A stretch of DNA of 64,000 nucleotides from Hormiphora californensis (lineage: Eukaryota > Animalia > Ctenophora), in NCBI GenBank assembly GCA_020137815.1, contig CM035351.1, forward strand, positions 7,936,001 through 8,000,000, read 5' to 3'. The position numbers were made by a program, and so were the translations under genes. Of the stretch, positions 49,731 through 62,747 are shown piece by piece. Every line of letters starts with the position of its first letter. The first letter of the stretch is position 1. The notes under the pieces were generated by a model. The model ran no database searches. It had not been told where the DNA came from and saw nothing but the letters and a program-made list of their open reading frames with translations.

Positions 49731-52700
49731 TTTCTTAACAACTGAATAAAATTTTTGGGAAAGAAGAAAAAAATTCAAACATATACTAAACTTCAACAAA
49801 TTGCCTATTTTTTTTCCTTCTTCCGCTATAATTAAAGCATAATAACACCATTCTAGTTAGTGTCCTATGAAGCGAAACGAATGATAAAAAAGGACGTAAT
49901 ATAAAAAAAGTTACAGCGGGTACGGTCAAATTTGGCATCCTATCTTCTTTTTAAACTTTCTTTTATTGAGCCAAAATGATTAGTGACACGCACACTAAAA
50001 AATATTAGCCTTTACTCCCCAGGTTGTCGTACAGAGATAGATGGAAAAGATAAGAGACGGGGAGAGCGAGAAGATAGATGGATAATAAGAGAGAGATGGA
50101 AGATAGAGAGATAGTGGGGATGGTGAGAAAGGGAAGGAAAGGGGGGAGTTAGGGTAAAAAAATTCCCGCTTTCCCCCTGAGAAAAAAACCCTAAATCTAG
50201 AGGGACAAAAATTAAAATTACCATAAAAATTAAAAAAAAGGGGGAAAAAAATAGGAACTTTAATTAGTAGAGGTAAATACCAAAAAAGGGGAATTGTCCC
50301 CAGCACTTTTGACTCAACAATTCAGCACTATAATGCAATCCTCAAGTAACAAGAATATATCATCACGACCTGTATAAAATGTGTGACGGCGAGACTAAAA
50401 ATTGCAGAAGAGGGAAGAGAGAATATTAAAAAGAGGAAAAAAAAAGAACAAAATAAAGGAATGCCAAGTTACTGGGGGGTTTTTCTCCCGCAACTGATTT
50501 TTTAATGCGCCCCACTACCCTTTCAGTACCGAGACCCCCCTAGTTGCACATGACACATTCCGGTGCTAATTAGCGTTAATTAGTTGGGAATGTGGTGGGG
50601 GCCCTGGGCATTTTTCCAATTCACACGTGGTCAACGCATTAAGATAATGCGTTTTTCTTGGCTTGGGTACGTGCTGGGAAACTTATTTGTTGTTAGGGAT
50701 GCTGTGCTACCAAGGGGGGAGATGCATTTAAAATTTCTCACGCCGGTTATCCGGAACAGGAAATAAAAATGAGGGCGATTAATATGTGTGGTAAACCCAA
50801 AATTTAAAGCATAACATTCATACCAACAAAACCTTAAACCAGTTTGATCTCTCTCCATTTTCCCTCTCTTCCTCTCACCAACACATTTTTTTCGGGTAAT
50901 TTATTTCTCAATCAACTTTCCAGGGGAAAACCATCCAACTCCCCCATTTGCCACTAATTGACCGGTCTTGGGAACCCGAGACCAATTTGATCCCCAGAGA
51001 TGAAACTGTTTTCCCCCCTAGACATACACTAGGGAGAGAAAAAGTGAATTTTAGAAAATGGAAAAATCTTTTTTATGAACATTTTTGGTTAATTTTATTT
51101 AATTACACGAATTAAATAAATTCCATATCACTAAAAATATGTAACAGACCAAAAAACAATCTAGTCTATGACTCTATAAATTGTAAAATAAAAAAATCGC
51201 AGGATCTCAGAGAGGAGAGAAAAGAGAAATCAGGTAAAAGGTCCTCCTTTCCAAAACCCACAAAAGGAGCTAAAGTTACTCCCCCCCCAGTCTTGTCCTT
51301 TTCCCTTGGGTGCTCAGAGTCCCGTAATATTGGAAAGGGATGGGGATCTGTTGTTGTCATAAAGGGCTTCATTGCTGCTTGCTGCCGCGCCTGGTTCCCA
51401 CCTCCTGGAACCTGCGAGGAAGTACAGGGTTAGTCTTTAAAAAATAGGATTACCAGGTCGAGTTTGGGGCCCGGATATAGGGGTTCAGGTTTAACCCACC
51501 AATATTTCCCTTTTTTCATTGCCTCGATCGTCTCCCAACCCCTCCTCTCCCCAGTAATGGGGGTGCTCCTTTAATGTTTTCTGTTGCTGCTGGAGTGGGC
51601 CTGTTTGGGCCCCTGTTGTTCTGTGCTTGTTGTTGCTGCTGGGGGGCTGTATCAACATGGGACCGAGGCTCCCCATTTCAGGATTTACCTGGTTTCAAAA
51701 ATGGTTCACGATTGCTACGATCTGAGTTTGTTGGGCCAACTGAAAACAGAGAAAAGGGGGGGTTTTCAAAAAGGAAAATGGGGTAGGGATTTTGAAAAAA
51801 TGATTTGGAAAGTATAGCACTTTTTATAAATTGTCAAATGATAACCCACCGGCCTATCTAAACAATGACACCACCAAACAAATTTAAAACAAACACCTCA
51901 CCTGTTGTATCTGGGCGGGTGATGGGACAGGGGGCAGCGCAGCTGGCAGTAATTCCCCCGGGGCCCGAGCAACCCCCTGTCGTTTTAAATCCTGCATTCC
52001 AGGTGGACCCCCCTCCCTCCCCTAAAATCTGCTATCTGTTTTCTCCGCTGCTTGCTAATTTCCCGATTTCAGCGCACTAACACGGCCCCTCTTCTCAGCT
52101 GCGCCCCTTTTCTGCAACTGCTCTCTGTTCACCCCTTTTGTTCACCACTCTCTGTTCTGCAGCCGCTCTCTGTGCCCGGCGGCCTCCCCTCCGTGCTGCC
52201 CTTTTTCCTTTCCGGGGTCGTTGTGCTTAATCTCTGGTTTTTGTCGTTTTTTCTCCCCATTTCTTTCTCTGAAAACCCGTACTTGTTGCTGTTGTGGGCC
52301 GTACTTTTGAAAATGCCGCTCTCTGCTCTGTTCCTATAGTGCTGCCAGCCTTCCCCCTTTGGGGCTGCTCCACCCGCGCATTAGCAAAAGGGTTCTCGTT
52401 CCAGAACCTCCTCGTTGGGCTATAATGTTTTAGTTCTAGGGGGGGTATTATAGAACCGATTTGAACTGGGGGGAATGCAGATCCCCCCCGACCGCTGATC
52501 CCCCTGGGATAGTACGCTTCTCCGGGTGGAACGCAGAGCGAACCGAAGCAGACCTGGAAACATGAGATTTCATTTTCAAGACGATATATAATAACAGAGT
52601 TTGGGAGTTGAACTGCTCGTAACAAGCTTTAGGACAGAAACAGACTGAGTGGGGTATTCTCTTCATACTACCCGGCTTGTCCCCTTTTTTTGCCCCTGCT

Positions 52701-55700
52701 GCTGTTCCTGTGAGCTTTTTGTGCTTGTGTTTCTGTGGGGGTGTTGTTTGTTGTTGCAACCCCGAACCACTGCAAAACGTTGCTGTTTGCAGCAGTGGAA
52801 CTTCCTTTTCCGATTTCCCTTACCCCGGGAAACCCCGGTGGGATCCCCAAGAAAAAAGTACCAAGGAAAAACCATGTCATTAATAGCAACCTACCTAGAA
52901 AAAGCTACCTGCAACCCCCTCTATTGTTTTTTTTAGGGGGGTATTGTTTTTGTTTTTTGCCGATACATTTCTTTGTTTTTTTTGCATGGGAGCAGCCTGC
53001 TGGGGCCTTTGGGGCTGCTGCTTCTGAAAAAGCCTGCTGCTGGATACCTTTTACACCTTTTCGCTTGCGGGGTTGTTTGGATCTGTGTAGGGAAAGGAGG
53101 GATTGTAACTCTTTCCACTATTAGTTTGGTAACTATGTAACTAAGGGTTTAACATGGTAACACTCAGTACTTGGGAGGTTTCGGCTGTTGTTGACCCTGT
53201 GAGGGTTCAGACTGGAGCCCGGGGAAATCTGGGCCAGGGTTCCCTGAGGTCTCTTTTAGCGTCTGGTCCCTTTTTTAAAACGGGCCTGGCCTACCTTTTC
53301 TTCCCTGCTCTTCAGTACCCCTTCGCCTGGAGAAGGGGCGATATAGTAGAACGAGGGGTCTAATCTAAAAAAACAGAAGTAAAATTTGACTAGCAGAACA
53401 GAAATGTGACCAGTGAGACAGAAAATAGAGACAGTGACTGTCTGGTAATGACCGTGATGTAGTTACTCCGCCACGGTGGTACAATGGGGGTCTCCTCACT
53501 AAAATCATAACAAAGGGGGAAAATCCCCAGAAGAAGAGGAAGAGGGGGGTCTACTGGCCCCTTCTTCCTGAGTCCTGTCCCTCCCCCTCCCTGCTCGTCA
53601 TCTCACTTTTCCCGCGAGGGGGTTTTGCGCTACTGTTTAATAAACTTCACTCGGAACCAGGAAAAAAGAGAGTATACCGAACTCACATGATTCAGTCAGG
53701 TTTGACTAACTCCTTGTTTTATTTTTGTAACTGTCGTAGCATGACCAGAGAGAGCCCAAGCCTGTCATTACAATAGAGAGAAGTACATCAGACAACTAGA
53801 GAGAGACATAGTCAGGGAAAAGAGAGAAGTCATAGTCCCTACAAATTAAAAAGAGAGATCAGTATCTGACACTAAAGAGAGCGGGGCTAGTCTGACAACT
53901 AGAGAGAGGTCAGTAGCATGACAATAGAGAAGAGTCGTAGTCATGACAACTAGAGAGAGCTAGTCAGTAGTCATGACAAATACGATTGAAAAATCACCGG
54001 GATTGATGGGGAGATTTTGTTTCTAGACAATTTGCAGTTTTTTATGGGTGGGTTTTTTTAAGAACTGTACTGAATGGGGTCTTGAGGGGGTGGATTCCTC
54101 CCTCCCCCCAATTAGCCCCTTTTTCCCATTACCTCTCCATAGGGCTCTCTTCGAGGCATCAAAATCCAAAACCTTAACACAGAGGGCTTCTTGTCGACAG
54201 GGCTTTTTTGAAATCTTCTTTTAAAACCCCCCGCCAACCCTTTTTTTGGTTCAAAAAGGAAATGATAATATTAATAGGGGGAATTAGAAAAAAAACCCCC
54301 GGGGCAATCGGCCGAAAAACTACCTAAGGCTATTGAATTCCTTGTCATTAACCAATAATAATTGGTATAAGACCAAGTTCTGTTCAGTAGAGGGGTTTAG
54401 TTGTCGGAAACCCAGGTTGTTGTGTCTATATGGGACCCCCTATCCACCCTGATTGGGTTTTCCTTAGTCTCCACGGGGTTAGGAGGTAAAAAGGCCCTCC
54501 TTCGGGGGGCGATTCAACATTGTCCCTTCAAACCTCCCCCTTTTCCCCTGCCCGTATTGGAGTTATTAGTGAAGACATAAACATAATGATCAATAATAAG
54601 AAAACATGGGGGAAATGAAAAAAAATGAATAAAAACAGAATGAGACACTGTGTACTAAACCCCCTTGTGATCGGAAGTCTCCTCAAAAAGTAGAACAACA
54701 GGTTCAGGTTAACCTTCTCCTTGGGGGTGGGTTTTCCCCCTTTTGTCACCCAACTTCCTTTACCACCCCCCCGGGGGCACAAACCTTCCCCCCCCCATCG
54801 TTTTTGTACTAGCTTTTACATTAGCCCGGGGGATTCTTAATGTTTATTTTCCCACAGCCCCCGCATGTGGTAGGGAGGGTTACCCTGGAGACCACTATCC
54901 CACTCACCCTACCCCCTCTGTAGCCCCCTCCTTATTTTGGAGGGGTACGGATCGGACCCCCTGCCACCCCTTTTTACCAGTGAAGGGGTGGCTCTGCTGG
55001 TGTGGGGCAGAGAGAGGGGGGGATTGGGTGCTGCGGGTTGTGGAGTGGTGGGGGGGAGGGGGGGTGGGGCAGCAGCATTCTCCTCCATAGACCGTACCTT
55101 TCATCACATCCGGGGTGTGGGGCGTGGTAAGAGTGTCATGGGGGAGCCTCCAAGGTGGCAGACACCCCCCTAACCACCGTTTAGGGGGGTTTCTATGGAG
55201 GTTGCTTGGACCTCACCTCGCCTCCTTTTTTTCTCTATAATTCAAGGGTTTTATTAAACGCATTCGGATCACTTCTATTTTGTCCCCCCTGTGGGAAATT
55301 TTGGTTTTTTTCTTAACAAATTTAAAAGGGAGATTTTTATTAAAGGAACATTTCAAACACTGTTTCGCTGCAACTGAGACAAAGTTTCCCCCCCACTTAC
55401 TCTCCCTTCTCGATTAAGCTTGACGGCATTGGGGGCAACATCAAAAATCATCAAAATTTTTACTCCCCTTCTCGGAACCTTTAGAAACCTTACTCTTAGC
55501 ATCTTTAAAAATTCTGGGAGGGGGAAAAAGATAGGTTGTAATAGTTCCACGGAAAGAGTCGTTTAAAACTATTTTCCAAACTAAACCATAAAAAAATCAA
55601 CTCCGTCAAAATCCATTACTGATTCTCACCACAAGAAGAGGGTTTTTGAGCACTCATCCAGGTTGAATCTTTTGTTGGGCTGAAAGAAAGTTTTTTGGCC

Positions 55701-56865
55701 GCTGTCTTTGGTGGCATGTCCTTGGTATCTTGGTCCATTCTCGACCCTTCTAAAACCGACCAACTCTCATTATCAACAGAAGAAATTAAGCAAGATTTTG
55801 GGGAGATAACCATGGGAGGGAGGGGGGGATAAAATTTAAATTCATCCCTTTAGAATTTCAATGTCTGCCCCCTCCATACTTATCACTCTCGTTCTCCACC
55901 CCCTTAACGGGTTTTTAAAGGGGTGTAGCAGGGGGTGGGCCCCAAAAGGGGGGGGGGGGGGGGGGGTTAATGACAGTTACTTCTGAGACACAAGCCACGC
56001 ATTCAAAAATTAAATACGATAGGGGGACCACAACTATATCTCATGGGAAATATGGCTCATAAATCTATGAGCCTGGGGTCATAAAATTGGTTTTTAGAAC
56101 TATAGCCATAGTTTCTTGTAGGTAATCCAAAAACACCTGTGCACCAAAACAAAAGTATAGTAGTGCCCGTGATTGTCAGACGTAAAACGCGCAACCTCAA
56201 TAACGTCAACCCCAAACCCTGCTTTATCACGCGCAAAATGAAAAGCGGCACTTTTAAAACAGTTTGGGGTAAAACCCTCCTCGCTACCGGCCCGGGGCGA
56301 AGAGGCGGTCTTATATAGACAACCCGTGAGTGGTTGTTGACTTGTTGTATAGGAATTAGAAACAGAGAAAGAAGAAGAAAGAATGTGACAATTGTGGTGT
56401 TTAAATGATCAGAATGTACTATTTTATCGATCAATTGTGCCGGTTGAAGGGTCTCAGAGCGCAAGGAATCCACTGAGCCAATATCTTGCCGATGCACAGT
56501 ATATCAGAATTCAGATACGGCTCTAAAAAACTGCAATATATATTTTTAGGGGCTTAGGGCCTAAGCCTTAGGCGGTAGTAGAAGTCCTGCGTTACGAAAT
56601 TTTGAATCAATTTTATCAAATTGTGTGTTTATTTTTACTTTTTTTAACTATAAGGTTTTGTTTTAAAAAAGGGGGAGACCGACTCCGTCTTCCAAAAATG
56701 CCACTGCAATTTTTTTTTACAGTTTTATACTAAAAAAAGTATTCCCCCGGGGCTGAAAACCAGTCAAAACCAAAAAACACCAACGACTCAACCCTCCCTT
56801 TTACTAAAAAAAAAAGCTTTTTTTTTTTAGCTTTGAATTTTCCCCCTTTTTTTGCAAAAAAAAAA
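49506..56865 (+). repeat. Error-rich direct duplicate of positions 1-7910 (Kv 5' end + NCoR 3' exons)
   Basis: Colinear similarity throughout, introns and minisatellites included; differences are mostly homopolymer gains and losses; similarity ends at ~7910 / ~56865. Confidence 0.95.
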
Positions 56866-57636
56866 AGTTGATACTTTCCATTCATGTCGGTCATGCCGCA
56901 TTTTATTTTTTTTTATCAAAACCTTTTGTTTTGGGGGTCGGCAAGGCAAGTGTTCACATGTACAAATAAAATGTTAAAAAGCAAAAAAAAAATGAAGAAG
57001 TTTTTTTTTGGTCCGTCCTCTTGCCATCTTTTTAGTCTGTTTTTTGACACTCTAACTTGTGGGTAGAACCCCGATAGAGAAGAAAACCACAGCTCCCTTG
57101 TACCCTCATCTAAAGGTCTGATTTTTAAAAAGTAGTTATCCGTACATCTCATATTAAAAACACTATGTAAAAAGGGAAACTTTTGGCGTGCTCTATCCAG
57201 GGTTGGAGCATATCTTAATTTAGTCAAACCCGAGTACTTCTTTTTTGAAAACTTTCCCCCCTTCCTTTTTAATGATCACTTTCTTTCCCAGACCCAAGTG
57301 ACACGACTGTTATAAAATTGAGGTTAAAGGGTTTATCCCAAGAGATGCCAAGGGCATCCTGACTCTATCAAGCCCTTCTCGCCCGGCCCCTTCTAACACC
57401 GGAAAAATTTTTACACATGGGTTTGGGGGGTCTCACAGTTCTCAAATCTGTCCCACGACCCCATGACTTTTCAAGCATGGGCCTGCCTTTTAAGGGGGAG
57501 TCCCCTTTTGTATCGGCCCATGACCTGAAGATGGGGAATCCCGGAGGGGTTTTTGCGTTTCTGTACTGACGCACCACAAAAATTTTCCCCCCATCCATGC
57601 AGTTATCAGTTCACATGAAAAAACCCGATATCCTGT

Positions 57637-60438
57637 ATGGGATTGACCTGCCGAATTAAAAATCCCGGGGGGGGGTTGATCTTCCCCGTTGTACCCAACG
57701 AGGGGGAAAACAGGGACTTTGTAACGGTTTCATGTGTGATTTTCCCAACTTTGAAGATAGAACGGTGTCGGATTGTTTTTGGTTTCCCCAAAGAAAACTT
57801 TGACTACTTTTCCCCATTGGTTTTCCCAACTTGTTCCCGATTTTCCCTTACAGTTACAGGAGATCTGCCCGATAGCTGTCCTGATGCTCTTTATCCCGGG
57901 CAAACTGCTCTACTTGGTCCCCGTGTACGGTGCGCACCGTTTGAAACGTCTGATGGGCAGTACAACCCGGTATATCGGGTTTGCACTAACGGTTGGGAGC
58001 ACGTAAATTGCAGTGACCCAGACCGGGGAGTTTTGGAATGTAAAATTGAAGGTTGGTTGTCCACAGTGTATAATCGAGCTATCTGTCACCCAAATCATGA
58101 GATACCGAGTATTTGTGACGACGGGATAGAGCAGGAGTGTGTTGAGGTCTCCCAGACGTGCACCCTTCACAAACACCAGTTATGTGACACCAACGGGGAT
58201 TGTAACCCGGGTGGTTACGATGAGTCGAGCCCGGATTGTTGGATATTCACCCAGCACACATGTGTTAGGGCATACAACGGTAGTACGAGTCTCAAACTCC
58301 CCCTCGCCTGGGTCCGGGATGGGGTCCGGGATTGCCGAGATGGAAGTGATGAGGGGGATTGGGAAACGTGCGGGGAGGGAGATGTCCTCAGGTATAAACC
58401 TGTCCCAGGTTTAGAGTGTCAGGAGGTGTTCCTGTGCTCTGAAGGGGAATCCACGAAGGGATTTGTGTACCTTCACGAGCTTTGCGATGGCATAGACGTG
58501 TGTGGGAATGAGAACAAGATCTGCAGGATCAGTCAGGGGCTGATTGATGTCCATCGACATGCGGTGCGTTATGGTAACCATGGTAACACTTTTTACCTCC
58601 AGCAGTGCCTCCCAGGACTAGAAACTCTCCAGGTGATGGCAAACAAAAGGTGCCAAGTTGTGGAGTTTAACCATCCATCTGTGGAGTTTTACGGACTCAC
58701 CGATTACACACACGTTCACGTACCCATCACACCCTCCCCGCTCCACTTTCTGTACGGAGAGAATTATGTGTATGCCACGTGTACAAATCATGCAGATCAT
58801 GACCAAGGTAGCAAATGCCCCCTCCGTACATCTACACACCTCTTTCACACGTGCACTAATCTTCCCGCGTCACGGAGAGTTCTCTCAATGAACGAAGCGG
58901 GTCTCACCACCGTGATAAGAGAACAGGGTGGGTACACCGCCAGTTGGTTTCAGTGCGACAACGTCCACTGTATCCCCTATAGCCAGGTATGTGATCTTGT
59001 TGATGACTGTGGGGATGGATCAGATGAGAAGAGGTGTGAAAACACATTTCGTTGTGAAAATAAAGAAGAGCTGCTGGCAATGTCAGCCGAGTGTGATGGG
59101 GTTGTGGAGTGTCACGATATGTCTGATGAATGTAACGAGCGGTGTGGGAGGACTCTCATTGATAATATCTTCCTCAAGAGTTTTTGCTGGATCATTGGAT
59201 TAGTAGCGGTGCCGCTGAACTTCAAAGCCATGGTTACCTTCATCAAGGACATGCAGCAGGTGACAAATAGGGCTGTAACGGTCGACAAATGCTTTCTGAT
59301 TCTTATCACCTTTGGCAATATAATTTCATCCGCTAACCTATGCGTCCTTGCCTTCCTGGACAGCTTCTACGGTAAATCATTCTGTAAGTCCCGTCAAATA
59401 TGGATGTCCAGCATTCCTTGCTCTTTACTTGGGGTGCTCAGTACCTACAGCGAACAAATGTCCGTCCTAGCCACCACCAAACTTAGTCTGACCAGGTTTA
59501 TCAACATTTGCATCCTGCAAAATCCTATCTGCAGAAGAACTATGACTAGAAAGCAGTGGGTTTTAACTAGTTGCCAAATCGCACTGATTAAATTCATTGC
59601 CGTAAGCATCGCGGTTGCCCCCCTCTTGCCTTTTCTTATGGACGTTTTTGTGAATGGTTTAGTGTATGACATCGACAACAAGTTATTCATGGGGTTCACG
59701 GATAAAAACACACATATGGCAGTATTGCGGGCTTACTATGGTAGGTCCAAAGGCTCCACTCTAGCCTGGGATGATATCATTGAGATGGTATCCCGGATGT
59801 TCACCTCCGACAACCAAGGAATCTCATTCAGCTTCCTAAACTTCTACGGAAATGACCCGGTATGCCCCTTCAAGTTCTTGGTAGTAGGCGGGGAGGATCC
59901 CCAGGTACCTTTCGTTTGGATGGTGTTAGGTCTGGATGTTGCGTGTGTGCTAGCCAGTGGTATCAGCTATATCTTGATAACGGTACAGAGCTCATTGAGC
60001 AACCGGAACGTCGCTCAAATGGACGCAGTAGGGGGAGCGGGTGCCCAGCAGGGTCCAAATTACAACAAACACGTTAAACTCCAAACTAAAGTTACGATTA
60101 TCGTCCTCACCGATTTGTGCGTTTGGGCACCCTTTGTATTCATCTGTGTATTGCACTCGGCGGGTGTTTTCGATGCCTCGCCATACTATCAGGTGCTTAC
60201 AATTGTCCTACTTTCCGTGAAGTCCATCATAAATCCTACCATCAATGATAACACCGTATTTGACGGAATTTTTCATGTGTGGGAAGTGGTGCGGCTCCAG
60301 ATTATGAAATTGTGGAAGGACAATGACACTGCAGAACCAAGAATTGAGGAGCACGAGTTACAGGTAGTTCAACAAGGTCCTCCGCCCCAAGATCAACTTT
60401 CTCCCGAAACAGCCATCACTGCAAGAAGCGAATTATAA
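57637..60438 (+). CDS. Intronless rhodopsin-class GPCR with LDL-receptor class A repeats (LGR/GRL101-like 7TM, no LRRs); true start uncertain
   Basis: 933-aa ORF. LDLa repeats include FQCDNVHCIPYSQVCDLVDDCGDGSDEKRC and FRCENKEELLAMSAECDGVVECHDMSDEC, followed by seven hydrophobic helices (W..S..CSLLG, TRF at the DRY position, TDLCVWAPF, INP). The first ~70 codons lie in error-rich sequence. Confidence 0.9.
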   Translation: MGLTCRIKNPGGGLIFPVVPNEGENRDFVTVSCVIFPTLKIERCRIVFGFPKENFDYFSPLVFPTCSRFSLTVTGDLPDSCPDALYPGQTALLGPRVRCAPFETSDGQYNPVYRVCTNGWEHVNCSDPDRGVLECKIEGWLSTVYNRAICHPNHEIPSICDDGIEQECVEVSQTCTLHKHQLCDTNGDCNPGGYDESSPDCWIFTQHTCVRAYNGSTSLKLPLAWVRDGVRDCRDGSDEGDWETCGEGDVLRYKPVPGLECQEVFLCSEGESTKGFVYLHELCDGIDVCGNENKICRISQGLIDVHRHAVRYGNHGNTFYLQQCLPGLETLQVMANKRCQVVEFNHPSVEFYGLTDYTHVHVPITPSPLHFLYGENYVYATCTNHADHDQGSKCPLRTSTHLFHTCTNLPASRRVLSMNEAGLTTVIREQGGYTASWFQCDNVHCIPYSQVCDLVDDCGDGSDEKRCENTFRCENKEELLAMSAECDGVVECHDMSDECNERCGRTLIDNIFLKSFCWIIGLVAVPLNFKAMVTFIKDMQQVTNRAVTVDKCFLILITFGNIISSANLCVLAFLDSFYGKSFCKSRQIWMSSIPCSLLGVLSTYSEQMSVLATTKLSLTRFINICILQNPICRRTMTRKQWVLTSCQIALIKFIAVSIAVAPLLPFLMDVFVNGLVYDIDNKLFMGFTDKNTHMAVLRAYYGRSKGSTLAWDDIIEMVSRMFTSDNQGISFSFLNFYGNDPVCPFKFLVVGGEDPQVPFVWMVLGLDVACVLASGISYILITVQSSLSNRNVAQMDAVGGAGAQQGPNYNKHVKLQTKVTIIVLTDLCVWAPFVFICVLHSAGVFDASPYYQVLTIVLLSVKSIINPTINDNTVFDGIFHVWEVVRLQIMKLWKDNDTAEPRIEEHELQVVQQGPPPQDQLSPETAITARSEL

Positions 60439-60464
60439 ACTTCCTTACTATATACGTTTATTGT

Positions 60465-61285
60465 CACACCTTTGGGGCTCTGAATTCAGAGAGGGAGGAT
60501 ACTGTGTCTCGAAAGTAGCCTCCCTGGGAAAATGGTTCAGTGAAGTGCAACTCGGTAGTCCTGCGGCGTCGAGTAATCTCCGTCTATGGCCAACACCTCT
60601 CCTGAGCAAGTCCGACCTGATACCTCCACGCTCGGTCCCCCTGGAAACGTACTGGGTGACTGTACGGCCATATCGGCCTCAGGTCATCGAATGGAGAATT
60701 ACTGGATGAAGTAGATGACTTTGTGTACCTCGGTGCCTGGATTGGTAGCAGTGTGAAGGATTTCGAGATTAGGAAGGCCAAAGCGTGGAATGCCCTCATC
60801 AAGATGAACAGAGTGTGGAAGTCGAAGATGAAAAGAAAAATGAAGGTGCGGTTATTTAGATCCACTGTGGAAACGATTCTCCTATACGGATCTGAAACTT
60901 GGACTATAACCAAAAGCCTGGGAAAGAAGATTGATGGGTGTTATTCGAGGATGTTGAGGGCTGCGCTCAACATCAAGCGTACGGATAAAGTTACTAACGC
61001 GGAGGTCTTCCAGGAAATTCCTCGGGTTACGGAAAAGATCAGAACTCAAAGATTGAAATTGGCGGGACGACCTGCTAGGGCACGAACTTTTGATGTGGAA
61101 ACCGGCTCACGGTCAATCCCGTCGCGGCCGACCTGCTCTAACATACCCGGATATCCTACTTCAAGATCTGGAAGGGGTTTGTGATAACCGAGAGGCGCTG
61201 GAGTTAATGATAAACCGGGATATGTGGAGATCGTTCATAAACACTCGGCCTCTCCGACCGCCTTAAGTCAAGTCAAGTCAAGTCA
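60465..61285 (+). mobile_element. 5'-truncated non-LTR retrotransposon (RTE-like) fragment
   Basis: VDDFVYLGAWI..KAWNAL..KVRLFRSTVETILLYGSETW matches the region C-terminal of LINE RT; frameshifted; ends in an (AAGTC)n tail. Confidence 0.8.
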
Positions 61286-61699
61286 CCCCAAACTCGTACA
61301 CATGTGATATTCATCATTTTTTGACGTACACACCACACAGTTCAATGTGATACGTAACAAGAATAACTGCATTATGTTTCATAATGCTATGTTTCCCCGC
61401 CAACCCTTATTTTCATAACTATCTAATGTGAGGGTCGAAGGCGGCACAGACATTTCCCATCATTGATATATCACTCAAACAGTGTAGAACAAATCCTTGT
61501 GTTTTAGTAGCGCTAACTTGAGCGCCACATGGCGGAATTGCGCGTCACACATTTCCTGAAAACGTATCAATGAAGTGGTTTATGAAGGAGCAGGTTTTTG
61601 TTGTGTGCGTGGCTCTAGTTGGTACACGTTGCCCCTCGCAACCTGAAACGGGACATGGTAGGTGTACTTGCTACATATAGTCACTATATCCGTTACAGA

Positions 61700-62117
61700 T
61701 TTCTAAACCCCTATGCCTTTTTGCAAAAGGCATACGGGTGAGAAAAAAAAACGAGGCCACTCAAACTTGCCAACTGCATGCAAATGTTAGCTGTTTTAAT
61801 ATACTAGAGAGCCCAGGCAAAAGACCCAAAACTCCTCTCGCCCCCTACTGACTCCTCCCACCCCTATCGAATCCTCTCCTCGTCCCACATTCTTCAGCAC
61901 CCTCCCTCCCCCGCCCCCGGGCTATGTTGACCAACTCACCCCATAACCCCCTTACAGCCAGTTGGAGTCCTACAACAACCCCCCCCCCCCCCCCCCGGTC
62001 TCTATGTCTCTCTCTCCCCCTCTCCGTCTCCGTCTCTTTCCCTGTCCCCTCTCCAATGGATAGTCTCCATCTATCCCCTTCTCTCTTTATCCCTCTCACC
62101 CCATCATTCCCTCCCTC

Positions 62118-62212
<95 letters not shown>

Positions 62213-62219
62213 CTCTCTC

Positions 62220-62285
<66 letters not shown>

Positions 62286-62747
62286 CCTCTTTCTCTCTAT
62301 CGTCGTCTCTTCATATCGGGCTGGTGAATATAATGGAAGCTGGAATCAGGTGATAAAGATCCGTAGAACTGGAGCTGTGTAGAGTTATTAAAGCTGGGAT
62401 ACGAATTAGTAGAAAAGCTGTGGCATTCATCGGGGCCTCAGCAGTAGATGGCCAAACACCACAGGAACACGCAATACAACACCCAACAACATGCACGTGC
62501 AGTATTAACACTCTTGCCCACCATCATGGCAATTGGCAACTCCCCAAACCCCCCCCCCCCACCAAACACCCCTAACAACACGTCAATTTTCCACGTGCAA
62601 CCCCTAAAACCCCCTCCCCCAAATTTTGTCTTGCAACCATCTCTGCTTTATAATATAGATAATTTTACTGCTGTAAATTTGAATCTTTGAATCTTGAATC
62701 TGAATCCGCGTTCCTTTACAATTAATGTAAAGGGAGGGTTAGAACAT
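61700..62747. mobile_element. Candidate HINE/DINE-1-like element with internal (CT)n
   Basis: TTCTAAACCC + hairpin TATGCCTTTT/AAAAGGCATA at left; hairpin CCTTTACA/TGTAAAGG + GGGTTAGAA at right; (CT)n at 62119-62282. Confidence 0.35.

Noticed and set aside
51290-55940. Second NCoR copy as an old pseudogene
   Set aside because: Differences are dominated by homopolymer inflation and small deletions in exons and introns alike, typical of unpolished reads; this copy is also the one linked to intact SANT1 exons.
61924-62382. Ser-Leu repeat ORF (also 514-758, 8308-8493, 10469-10866)
   Set aside because: Translations of (CT)n/(GA)n microsatellites.
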